Positions 25,882 through 37,528 of a stretch of DNA of 64,000 bases are shown piece after piece. The stretch covers positions 156,364,001 to 156,428,000 of the forward strand of contig NC_042997.1 in NCBI RefSeq assembly GCF_006345805.1, read 5' to 3'. A program made the position numbers and the translations under genes. Under the pieces are notes generated by a model, which was given only the letters and a program-made list of their open reading frames with translations, did no database searches and was not told the DNA's origin. The stretch's first letter is position 1, and each line of letters opens with the position of its first letter. Source of the DNA: Octopus sinensis. Taxonomy: Eukaryota.

Positions 25882-27243
25882 GTAAGTAAGTATGTTGTTC
25901 AGTTTTCAAACCACCACCAACCCCACCAATGCTGCCACCACCATCAGACATTTTCAACACAGAGCGAACCATAAAACATGTTGTAAGTAATGCACACATG
26001 TAGGTACTGCTGTAGCAGCTGCTGACCACCAACTTAACTAGTACCAACTTAAGTGGGCTGGGCAAGTGCAGCACAAATCAAGTGAGGTCACTAGCAGCAG
26101 CTGACAAGTAACACATAGCCTACAGTAGCTGTACATCAACCTGAAACTTCCAACATTTATAGAATTATTTATTTGTGGTGTATCTTTTACTTTAGAGATT
26201 GGAGAATTTTGGATTTCAGAATTTCAGATAAAGGGTTATGAACTTGTACAAGAAAATCTTTCTCATCAGTTAGTTCCATAAATCTCAGCTAACTTGGTTA
26301 GCTTGAATACCTGTTATTCTTGCTGTTCAAAGATGGTGATAGGGCTGAAAGTGTTTTAAGATTTAAAACAGTTTGCTCACTGCCAACCGAAAATGTAAAT
26401 AAGGTATTTTACAAGTTTTGGCAACTTGCAATCCAGCCCTTTTGCAAATTTCACAACTCATCTTGTCACTAACTATGAAGAATTCCATTCTAATTGTGTT
26501 TCAAGATAAGTCATCATAGCTATCTTTATTTTAGCTATCATCATTTAATATCTGCTTTCCATGCTAGCATAAGTTAGACAGTTTGACTACCCAAATCTCC
26601 CTTAAATCAAACCCCTTACTACAATCATAAAATAAGGATGGACACATTGAACAATGTAAACCAAGATATACAAAAAAGGGATGTTCATTGTTGCAATGGA
26701 TTTGATCATAGATTTGCTAAACCATAACACAACTCTTTCTTCACAAATTCCAATTTCCCTATGAATTGTTCTCTATGTTGTTTGAGATATTTGGTTGCTA
26801 TGTGTAGTAGTTTAAGTGATTGTGCAAAAACTCTTTCATTGGCTCATATCTCAGTGAAATACAGTAAGATGAACAATGTTGTAGATGTATAACAAAAGAA
26901 TTTGATACTTAATGATATATATATTATCATCACAGAGTAATAATAAAACAGAAGCAAACATAATAGTGTTTTAAATGACTAACGTGACTCTACTGTGATG
27001 CAAATGTTTTAGCCCTTATACACAATCTCTGATCAAATCACTTGCCAAACAAATGCAACTCAGAAAGTGAATTCTTTTCATCTATTCTTAATGAATCCAA
27101 GTTATGAGGCAAGTCAATACTGTAAATACCTAAGCATTTCACAGCTCTAGATACAAGAAATCTTATATTTTATATCTTAAACAATTTTATATCTGTAGAT
27201 ATTTGCTTAACATTGAACATAAGTAGTTGGTATTTGTTTTCAG

Positions 27244-27293
27244 ATAGTTTTATAGACAGAGATTTTGATGTACTGAATTCAAGGTTGAAGTGA
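27244..27293 (+). CDS. Candidate terminal exon, unknown product
   Basis: TTTGTTTTCAG acceptor; phase-compatible with 25760-25881 giving D-SFIDRDFDVLNSRLK*; AATAAA at 27573; SINE-poor neighbourhood. Confidence 0.2.
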
Positions 27294-28456
27294 CTTATTG
27301 ATCCATCAATTACTGCTGCCATTGGTTTACTTCATTTGACTTTCTTGGTGTTATGGAAACAACACCAACATTTGATTATTCTCTGTTATCTAGACAGCCA
27401 ATAGCACATTACTAATACTGTTTTGTTGTTATTCAGGAAAAGAAATTCTCCATGGGTTTTGATTTTGTTATACTGTTGAATGTGTGATCAATTATATATC
27501 TCTAATCGACAGTTTCTTCAAAATGCTTGCTAATCTGATATGTTTAAGGCTTAAAACTTTTTGTATTCAATGAATAAAGAAACTTATAGCAAGTCATTGT
27601 GAGTTTATCCAATTCTGATTTCAATAGCTGTAAATGAATGAAAACAAAATAAGGGCAATAAAAAAATGTTATGTATTCAAATTTGAATAAGACTGATGTT
27701 TTAGAGGTCTTGTGAGTGAAACTAAATTCAATACACAGAAATTGGTGTGGTTAGTATCAAGCTTGAATATTTAGAAATTGATATATTGTGGAAAGAAGGG
27801 AATTTAATCTCAGGAACTCATGTTTGGAACAGGATTTTTTTTTAAAAGAGAAAGCAATACATCTGCCAAGATTCATGACTCCCATTCTAATCATCAAGTA
27901 AGAGGGTTAGGATGGGAGTAAGAAGATTGTTTATTAGTAGTTGTAAAAGAGGCAGTGAGAGGATACATCAGTGGTTAGCTAAAGAATTTTAGTAAGAGTG
28001 TGCTTTTCAATACTTGGCATTTAAAAAATATTTTTGTATCTTTTGTTTTTGTTAGGATGATTGTGACTACAGTTTTCCCTGATAAGGGAACAACATTCAG
28101 TAACAAAGCTGGGCTTTGTACAAAGTAAAAAGATGCTCACAATTCATGTATCTTTTGATAGTGAAAATAAAGTCCAGTGCAGTGGCTTTCAAACAGGGTC
28201 CTTATGGACACTGAGGGATCATATACGATTTTAGGGGGTCCATGCAAGCAAAATAATAATACAGGAGTATTCTAAGGGTCCATAGGAAAAAAATTTTGCT
28301 TTAGACGTATTTATTGTAAAAATCAGGTAGGTCTCTTCTCTAATGTTTTACATAGTTCAACATATTTTCAGCTACTGAAACATGTTCACTCAGTGAGTAC
28401 TCTCTCTCTCTCTCTCTCTCTTTCCATCTCTCTGTATATATATATATGTATGTATG

Positions 28457-28495
<39 letters not shown>

Positions 28496-28549
28496 GTAGC
28501 AGGTTCATTGCTGTATTAAGAAGACCCATCCACTACAACAAAATTGAGA

Positions 28550-28775
28550 TCCTAAAACCAAGGTGACATATAAAAAGCATTGGTGAAGGTGATGGTGCCA
28601 CATAAAAAGCACCTAGTTCACTCTGTAAAGTGGTTGGCATTAGGAAGGGCATCCAACTGCAGAAACAAAGCAAAAACAGACTATGGAACCTGGCATAGCT
28701 CCTGGCCTTGCCAGATCTTGTCAAGCTGTCCATCCCATGCCAGGATGGAAAATGGATGGTAAATATTGATGATGT
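28550..28775 (+). mobile_element. Family C retroposon
   Basis: GGTTGGCATTAGGAAGGGCATCC...ATTGATGATG. Confidence 0.7.
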
Positions 28776-28799
28776 ATATATCTCCTTATTCTTATCATT

Positions 28800-29045
28800 C
28801 TTGAAGGAGGAACCTCTCTTCTGTCTCTGGCCAATCATAGCCATGTAGGCCCCAGTTAGCAGGTGAGATCATCTCACCATATTGTCATTGGTTGGCCTCT
28901 TGATCTTGACTGTTATCTTGGTGTCCATCCTGTCACCCTGATTGTCCATCTGTTGTCCTTCAGTCAAGCAATGTGGTTAGCCCATCTACATTTGTTCTTG
29001 TCAATGGTTCTTATGATGTCATTGACTAACATGTGCTGTTGAATC
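28800..29045 (-). mobile_element. RTE-like LINE fragment (degenerate)
   Basis: Translates DIIRTIDKNKCRWANHIA*LKDNRWTIRVTGWTPR*QSRSRGQP. Confidence 0.7.
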
Positions 29046-29084
29046 CGGGAATTAGTTTTCCTGGCCTGAAATGTATGTGTTCTA

Positions 29085-29362
29085 TTTATTTTTTCACGCT
29101 GAGAGTTGCTGAAGCATGGAACAAACTGCCAGCATCAGTTGTTAGTTGTCGGAGCACTGCATCCTTCAAAACTTCCATGCTTTCTGATATTCGCCAACAC
29201 TACACCTGATTTTCTCCCCTCTATACACACACAAGCATGTATCTGACTCATACATTGTTTGCTTTCCAGACATATGTACATTACTGTATATGCTTTATAC
29301 GCACTTTCTGACAAGTTGTGGTGCACCTGAGCACTGTATACAATAATTTCATTATTATTATT
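29085..29362 (+). mobile_element. CR1/L2-like LINE 3' end
   Basis: FFTLRVAEAWNKLPASVVSCRSTASFK C-terminal motif, 3' UTR, (ATT)n tail. Confidence 0.75.
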
Positions 29363-30275
29363 TATATGCTTATTAGTTGTGGAATTTCATCCAAAGGAAA
29401 ATCCCTTTAAGGCATTGTGTGCTAAAATACAATGAATGCCACAAAACCAGACAAAACAAAATGTCCGTAGGTGATTGAGATCAGTGGGTATTGATATTTT
29501 GCTGTTATTTCAGCTCATCAGAACCATATACCCATGTCACCTTGAAACAAATTCGAATCACTGGTCTGAGGTATATATGCAGAGAGCTGCTTCTAATTCA
29601 AAACTTAATTTTCTTGTGCATATGTAGTGCTGTTGTACATCAGCAGATAGAGTGCATGTGTGTGTGTGAATACACTTGTACACATGCATGAGGAGTACTG
29701 AAAAGTCCTGGCTTTGGGAAAAAGAGAGTACAGGAGGATCAGTTAATTATGATTTTATTTAACATATTCCCCTCTCAGATTCACACACTTATTGCAATGG
29801 TCCTTCAGTTTTTCTAAGCCCTGTATGAAATGAATTGTTAGGTCCAAATATAACATCCCAAGGTACATCTTTCTTTTCTCTTATGCTCATGTCACATAAA
29901 TGCAAATTTAATGTAAAAATTTGTAATTAGATTATTGAAACAGCTGTAAAAAGCAAAGATGACCAATTTGTAAATAATAAATAATTGCTAACTTCCTTAT
30001 CTTCATTTTCTTTTCTTCTTTTAACTAGATATAAACTATATGCTTAATATATACCTAGTGCTTTAAGGGCATTTCATTTCCCAACAATACTAGGTATTTC
30101 CTTAGATGCAACCATCCTTTCATGAGGTTAACATATCATCTAATTAAATTTATATATATATATATATAGATAGATAGATATACACACATCTACACACACC
30201 ACACACACACACACATTTATATATATATATATATATACACACATATATATATACATATATATATATACACACATG

Positions 30276-30306
<31 letters not shown>

Positions 30307-30353
30307 GAAAAAACAAGTCAAAATAGAAAATGCTAAAATAATTTTATAAAGAA

Positions 30354-30401
30354 CATTTCAGTACCGGTTTCGGTCATTTTGAGACCTTTTCAACTGTAAT
30401 G
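30354..30401 (-). ncRNA. Minimal type-I hammerhead ribozyme motif with U3:A8 core variant
   Basis: Minus strand: CAUUACAG-UUGAAAA-GGUC UCAAAAU GACC-GAA-ACCGGU-A-CUGAAAUG; stem I 7 of 8 bp, stem II 4 bp, palindromic helix III, GUA triplet. Confidence 0.6.
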
Positions 30402-30557
30402 ATGAAATAATTAAATTTGGAAAAATTAAAAGAAAAGTTTTTTTAAAGGAATATTTGTATAGTGTTCAAATATAAGTGGCATTCTGCCTTTCTCTGTCTC
30501 CCTTGTTTGCACTTGTGTGTTCGAGGCCGTTGTGAATTCTTGGTAGGGTAGAAGAAG

Positions 30558-31033
30558 AATTTTCTGAATGTACATATAATGCCATTTTATTTAATTAAGT
30601 TTTAAAAATTAATCAGCTAAATGCTTCCCATCATTGTCGACACACTGTTGGAGACATTCATGAAAGTTATCAATAACTCTATGGATCATTTCTTCTGGAA
30701 TGGTGAAATGTGATTTCTTCTTGTGGGGATATTTAAAATCAAAAGTATTCAGTCATCGCACTTGATCTATTGATGAATTAAAACGTGCAATTTGTGTAGA
30801 AATACCAACCATTCCAGAAGAAATGATCCATAGAGTTATCGATAACTTACATGAACATCTCCAACAGTGTGTTGACAATGATGGGAAGCATTTAGCTGAT
30901 TTAATTTTTAAAACTTAATGAAATAAAATGGCATAATATGTACATTCAGAAAATAAATTTTTTCTTTTCATTATTTCTTGTTTTGTGCTTTTATTAAGCC
31001 TCCAAATGTGTCAGATCATTTTGGTCCACCCTG
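30558..31033 (+). mobile_element. rosa-like mariner 3' fragment preceded by an inverted copy of itself
   Basis: 30709 onward encodes CDFFLWGYLKSKVF...CVDNDGKHLADLIFKT*; ends GGTCCACCCTG-TA; 30558-30704 is the reverse complement of 30808-30954. Confidence 0.8.
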
Positions 31034-31508
31034 TATAACGCATATATAGCTCAAGCATCAGATTCGATGACTTCTCAAGAGATTAAGCATTTCCACCCTA
31101 CACCCACATGTAACAAAAACACCTGCTTCTTATAGCCAGCATCCATCCAAATAAAATGAAAATTATAAGAGAAATGGTGAACATACTATAATAACTAAAA
31201 GAGATGCACACATACAACACAGCCATATAACACTTGGTTTCATTCTACTTTGTGGTAATTTGGGCAAATGTCTTTTTTTTTAATCATATCTTCACATCAT
31301 CCCAAGACTTGCAAGTAACAATGTGTGTAGGTGGAAACTGGATGGAGGATTGTATCTGTTCTTGGATTGAGCTTAATGTGGTGCCCAGTTTAACACTACC
31401 ACTATCCGTTTAGAAATTTCTGTGGAGCCCACCCTGTTGCAAGCACTTGGACCAGGTCTGAGCAGGACTTAATATCTTGATGGGCTGTATCCTACAGTAG
31501 CAACTTAC

Positions 31509-31672
31509 ACAAGTCTCCAAGGCCATGGAAAAGGTTATAGTCACAGTTCTTCTTTTTGTTTAAACAATAAAAATTTCCTACAGGCACCATAAAACAGATA
31601 AATAAGGTCTGGAGAAATAAAAACAGAGATATAAGGCCACAAGTAAATTCAAGTACATTATCAAAAGTATAC
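31509..31672 (-). CDS. Candidate coding exon with a hydrophobic, possibly transmembrane segment
   Basis: AATAG acceptor, 54 open codons (YTFDNVLEFTCGLISLFLFLQTLFICFMVPVGNFYCLNKKKNCDYNLFHGLGDL), GTAAGT donor; no recognised homology, and T-rich strands give such frames by chance. Confidence 0.25.
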
Positions 31673-32159
31673 CTATTTATATTAAATATTAGAAAGGTCT
31701 CTGATATAGGAATAAAATACATATACAAAAAAATGCCACCTTCACAAATAAATTTTCACTAACAATTGAAAGTAACACAATTAGAACCTGCTACACACAT
31801 ACTGCTGAATAGATTTACTACACAACCATGCATAAAATATAACAAACATTATACAAAATCAACTACAATGGATCAATAAAAATATGTTCCCAAACTATTA
31901 AATAAGCAATTTTTAAAGATAATATCAAAGATAACCAGATCCTGCAAGAAATTATTTTCACAAAGGTAAAGTCAAATATCAGTAAACTAATTTACTTAGT
32001 TACCAAGACAGTAATGAAGGGAAGCAGGTTTGACCTTAATAGAGTAAACTCTTTAGTCAAGTGACCCAAACAAAACATTAAGAATAAAGTATTCAGATAT
32101 AAAAGACTTATCCTGATGGGATTAAGCATAAGAAAGAAAAATACAATCCTTCCTATTAT

Positions 32160-32360
32160 AGGCACAAGGTCTGAAATTTAGTGGTAGGGGAATTAGTTGA
32201 TCATATCGACTCCATTATTCAACTGGTACTTAATTTATCGCCCCCAAAAGGATGAAAGGCAAAGTCGACCTCGGCAGAATTTGAACTCGGAATGTGAAGA
32301 CAGATGAAATACTGCTAAGCATTTTGCCTGGTGTGCTAAAGATTCTGCCAGCTTGCTGCC
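32160..32360 (-). mobile_element. Family B SINE variant
   Basis: Reverse complement of the family B head and central motif. Confidence 0.75.
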
Positions 32361-32887
32361 AATGAAAAGAAATGTATATATTAGACATTTTGTGTCAAAT
32401 CCCCATCCTAAAATAGGGCTCAGATGTGGGTTTCCCTTCAATCCTTCAAGGCTAATTCCTCTTGAAATGTTTTGTACTTATGATACAGTAAGATCAAAAT
32501 ATTAGATTTGTGCCACTTTTCATTAAAATTCTTGTGTTTGTGTTGATCTTACTCCAGCATTGTTGCCTGACAAACTACATCATATTTTTCTTCATAAAGA
32601 AATTAGCATTGGTCTCAGTTAACTGAATTAATTAACCCTTTAGCATTTTAATCAGCTATATCTGGCCCAAATGTTTTATGTTTAAACAAACCAGATCTAG
32701 CCTCTCATACCTACTCTACAATGTCATTCTAAAAATAAACACTCACTTCATTGAAATCTCAAAATTATAAGATAATGCATGTTTAATCCAAATATGAATA
32801 AGTAAGCATTACATTTGACAGAGCAATGACTTATACAGTATCAGAAAAAGTAAACTTATAAGAGATGTTTCTTTTGGGTTATTTATT

Positions 32888-32922
<35 letters not shown>

Positions 32923-33289
32923 TTCATTTATTTTTTTGGTAAACTCTTTCATCTTTTTGTCAGACCATTGAAACTAATAATTCAAATTTTGAAAATAAAT
33001 GTTTGAAAAAGGCGATATTTTGGCCTCTTGAGGCTTGCAGGAGAGTTACTATTAGAAATTCTCTTGATACAAAAATACCATCTTAAAAATTTAATAGTGT
33101 AAAAAGAATGAAAAAAGAAAAAAATAAGAAAAACATTGGTGCTCGTGAAAGTAAGTATAATAAAACAAAGATTGCTACTAACATATGTTTCATCACTGTC
33201 AAGTTAATGTGTTAGCGATGACCAATGAATCAGCAATCTCTGCAAGTATAACACACATACACACACTCACACTCAAGAAGCCTCAATGA

Positions 33290-33720
33290 TGAAATCATTA
33301 TCATCATCATTATCATCAACAACATCATCATCATCATTTAATATCTGCCTTCTATGCTGGTGTGGATTGGATGATTTGACAGAATTTGGCAAACTAGAGG
33401 ACTCTACCAAGAACCACAGTTTGTTGTGGCATAGTGCTTACATCTGGATACCTGTCCTAGTACCATCCTTACAGAGTGGACTAGGTGCTTTTTATGTGAC
33501 ATCAGCAACAGCAAGATCTGCTTTGGCATGGTTTTATGGCTGGATGCCCTTCCTACACCAACCATTTTACAGAGCAGATTGGCTGCTTTTTGCAGTGCAC
33601 CAACATCAGCAAGGTCTGCTTTGATATGACTTTTACAGCTGGATGCCCTTCCAAATGCCAACCACTTTAGAAAGTGGATTGGATATTTTTTTCGTGGCAC
33701 CAGCACTGGCAAGGTCACCA
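33290..33720 (-). mobile_element. Family C retroposon with internally repeated modules
   Basis: Repeated ...GCTGGATGCCCTTCC...CCAACCA modules. Confidence 0.7.
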
Positions 33721-34304
33721 AGTAACTTACGAAATGATTTGAGAGTTGGGTGGTATTGAAGGAAGTGACTTTGTATTAGGTGGTGAGAAATTAGAACATG
33801 ACCAAGGGACAGAAACAGGTGTCTTACTGTAGAGGAGGCATATTGTTACCTCAGTCAAAGGGAGAAAAAGAAAGGGAGGTAGAACAAGAGAGATGGTGGC
33901 CAGGGCATACTCTCAAGGTACAAGGATGTAGATATAAATGAGATGGTAGAGGATTGCCCAGAGTGTGTGAATTCGTGTGATGTATGAGTGTATGTATGTA
34001 TCTGTGTATGTGTGAGTTGTCTTTATAGCATGTGATACTTGAAAATGGGTGCTACTGTAACACATGCTGTGTTATTTATTTCCAAAATTCTGCAAGAACA
34101 TATCTGGTCATGGGAAAATATTACCTTGCTTGAAAACTGGTGAGGGTTGGCAATAAGGAGAGAATCCAATTGTAGAAAATCTGCCTTAAATATGGTCCAT
34201 CTGACTCATGCAAGCATAGAAAAGTGGACGTTAAATTAAGATAGATAGATAAATAGATGGATGGATGATAGACCTGTCATTTTAATTAATTTTAATTACC
34301 ATTT

Positions 34305-34462
34305 TCGGAGTGGTTGGCGTTAGGAAGGGCATCCAGCTGTAGAAACTCTGCCAGATCAGACTGGAGCCTGGTGCAGCCCCTGGCTTCCCAGACCCCATTC
34401 GAACCGTCCAACCTGTGCTAGCGCGGAAAACGGACGTTAAACAATGATGATGATGATGATGA
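34305..34462 (+). mobile_element. Family C copy (young, CpG retained)
   Basis: GGAGTGGTTGGCGTTAGGAAGGGCATCCAGCTGTAGAAAC...GGACGTTAAACAATGATGATG. Confidence 0.85.
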
Positions 34463-34860
34463 TTTTCTGATGATATCTGAAAAGAAACAGCTATTTTAGC
34501 AAAACTATTTAAGCAACACTAATAATAAATTAAAATTATGAAAATAAACAAGCTTTTGATGGTTTTATAGATATTTCAAAATTATGATGCTTTGATGCTA
34601 GGTGTTTCCATCATTTTGTCCAAAATATATATATATATAGAGTCTGACAAGCCATCCATGGAGATAAGCCCTTTGTGGATGTGGAACTACATATAAATGC
34701 ATTACTGCTCTAGGCTTTATATGCTTTAGAGTGTGCTTCTTTTCCAGATATATGATACACTAATGCCATATGTGTGTGTATGTATGTGAATATATATATA
34801 TGTGCTGAAATGTTTTTATAAAATTATTTTAGCATTTTTTACCTTGACTTTTTTTCCATA

Positions 34861-35250
34861 TATATATATTGATAGAAATGGTAAGACAACAAAAGAATGA
34901 AAGAGACCTTGATATTATGTAAATAGAGGAATTTATCTGTAAGTGTAATATGTGACAATTATTTGGTAGCCATGATAAAACTCCAAGTTTCGGATGTTTA
35001 ATTGTCACATATTACATTTACAGATATATATATATATAAACTTGGGTACAAAAAATTCAGGGTGAATACTTGATAACTGTAAGCACCTGTATATGCCAGT
35101 TCGTGGCGTAGGTGATAGGGTATATTTATCAAAAGAAAAACAGGATGCAAAGGATTTAGCGGTACATATGTTTCTGGCTTTATTAGCGGTACATAATAAA
35201 GCCAGAAACATATGTACCGCTAAATCCTTTGCATCCTGTTTTTCTTTTTC

Positions 35251-35291
<41 letters not shown>

Positions 35292-35460
35292 TTCTCTATA
35301 TATATATATTATTTCCTCATATTTCTTTCTGTTGAAGAGTATAAGCTTGGAACGTAAAAGACTTTCTCACTTTCCTGAGCGTCAAAGTAATATACCTCCT
35401 TGTTGTTCATACACCTGACTTCGTTTTTTGCTTTTCTGTAAATTTCAACTATATATATAT
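34861..35460. mobile_element. Cluster of Penelope-like fragments between (TA)n tracts, with two inverted repeats
   Basis: IR 34934-34961/34999-35026; perfect IR 35131-35185/35194-35248; hammerhead-like motif at 35326-35360; 35400-35455 resembles the reverse complement of 2635-2690. Confidence 0.5.
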
Positions 35461-35974
35461 GTGTATGTGTGTGTGCGTAGAGAGAGAGAGAGATGCATGT
35501 ATATACAACAAGCTTCAGTTTCTGTTGACCAAATTCACTCACAAGGATTTGGTTGGTCCAAGGTTGAAGTACAAGACACTTGCCCAAGGTGCCATGCAGT
35601 GGGACTGAATATCGAAATAAGTGGTAGAGAATCAAACTTCTTACCACACAGCCATACCTGAGACAATCTGTCTTTTCAGATTTCATTAATATTTCACCAG
35701 CTATCATATAAAGTGAAGCAGAAAGCTAAATGAAGTTTAGTAGTCAAGTAGTTTAGTTGTTGTGATTTCAAGTTGACTGGAATAAACTTAACTGGAATAC
35801 AAGTTAACTGGAATAAAAACTACATTTTCTTAGTACCAAAAGATCTTGGAGACAAAACATCAAATCGGCAATACCAAACAGGTGAAGCCAAAACATTTCG
35901 TACCAGAAAAGATACCACCACAAGAAACCTGTTCAACCTATGTCAGCATGGAAAAGCATGCATAAAATGATGGA

Positions 35975-35975
<1 letters not shown>

Positions 35976-36028
<53 letters not shown>

Positions 36029-36098
36029 GGTGGTGGTGGTGGTGGTGGTGGTGGTGATGATGGTGATGATAGTGATTATTATTATTATTATTATTATT
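35976..36098. repeat. Compound (ATG)n(GTG)n(ATT)n microsatellite
   Basis: Direct reading. Confidence 0.95.
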
Positions 36099-36777
36099 AA
36101 CTTATACTTACAAAGCATTAGACAGTTGAGTCTGCTACAGTAGACACATACCCTCCTGGAATGCTGTACAGTGGGATCAAACCCAGAACTATACAGTAGC
36201 AAAGAAAACTTCTTAACTACACAGCTATGCCTGCACCTATACACAATTATATAAATTATTGTGGTTTGCTCAAAAAGCTGAAATTGAATATTTATTTGCT
36301 TTGACAGCAAACTTCAAGCTAAACTGTGCATTAATTCCTTTAATCTCTCTCAGAGTTAAGGATTTATCTTTTGCAGCCTATCAGTAGGGAAGGACTGATG
36401 ACAGATGTCTCTAAGGACATAGAAATGTTATCTTTTCTATTTCTCTTTGATGTTTTCTTCTGAAATTTAATTCAATTCTCTCAAGTTGTATCATCATCAT
36501 CAGGTATAGAGCTTAACCTCTTGCTACTGTTTATTATTCATTTACTAGTTTCAGTTATTTGGCTACGGCCAAGGTGTAGCACCACTTCTAAGAGTTTGTA
36601 GAATCAATCTTACTGATCTTAGAACTTATTTTTTCCATTCCTATTTATCAAACTGCTAAGTTACAGAACAGAAAAAGACACAATAGAAACAACACCGGTT
36701 TTTAGACTTACTTAAACATGAACCTTGGACATACACACAGAAATACACACATGTGCAAGCACACATGCAGAAGTGTG

Positions 36778-36824
<47 letters not shown>

Positions 36825-36964
36825 AGTCAAGGTTATTGTTTTTGAAGCAAATTTTAAAATAGTAACCACAGAACCTCTTCTGATGAGAAGGTTTATAATA
36901 ACATTCATTTTCACTGGAACTGACAATTTATTGAACTAAAATGGTTAAACAAGCTGCCAGGCAA

Positions 36965-37528
36965 AACTTCCCTCAACCACATGATTCCAGGTTCAGTCCT
37001 ATTGTGTGGCACCTTGGTCAAGTGTCTTCTACTATAGCCTTGAGCTGACCAAATCTTTGTGAGTGGATTTGGTAGATGGAAACTGGAAGAAGCCTGTCAT
37101 ATATATACATATCTAAGTGTGTGTGTGTTTTTCTGTCTATGTCCCTCATCACCACTTGACAACTGGTGTTGTTTTGTTTACATCCCCATAACTTAGCGAT
37201 TCAGCAAAAAGAAATAAGTACTGGTGTTGAGTTGTTCTACAAAAAAATTCTTCAAGGTGGTGCCCCAGCATGGCCACACAGTCTAATGACTGATAAAAGA
37301 AAAGATAAAAGATAAGGCAAGCTGGTAGAATTGGTAGCTTATTGGACAAATGCTTAGTGGCAATTTCTTCTGGCTCTTTATGTTCCAAGTTCAAATACTA
37401 CTGAGCTCGACTTTGCCTTTCCTCCCTCTGGGGTTGATAAAATAAGTACTAGTGGAATACTAGAGTTGATGTAATCAACTTTTATCTTCCCATTAGAATT
37501 GCTGGCTTTGAGCTAAAATTTGAATCCA
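36965..37528 (+). mobile_element. Family A SINE followed directly by a family B SINE
   Basis: Family A 36965-37312; family B 37313-37528. Confidence 0.75.

Noticed and set aside
34467-34495. CTGATGA...GAAACAGCT hammerhead-like match
   Set aside because: No stem II or stem I pairing; arises from an (ATG)n tail next to a family D fragment
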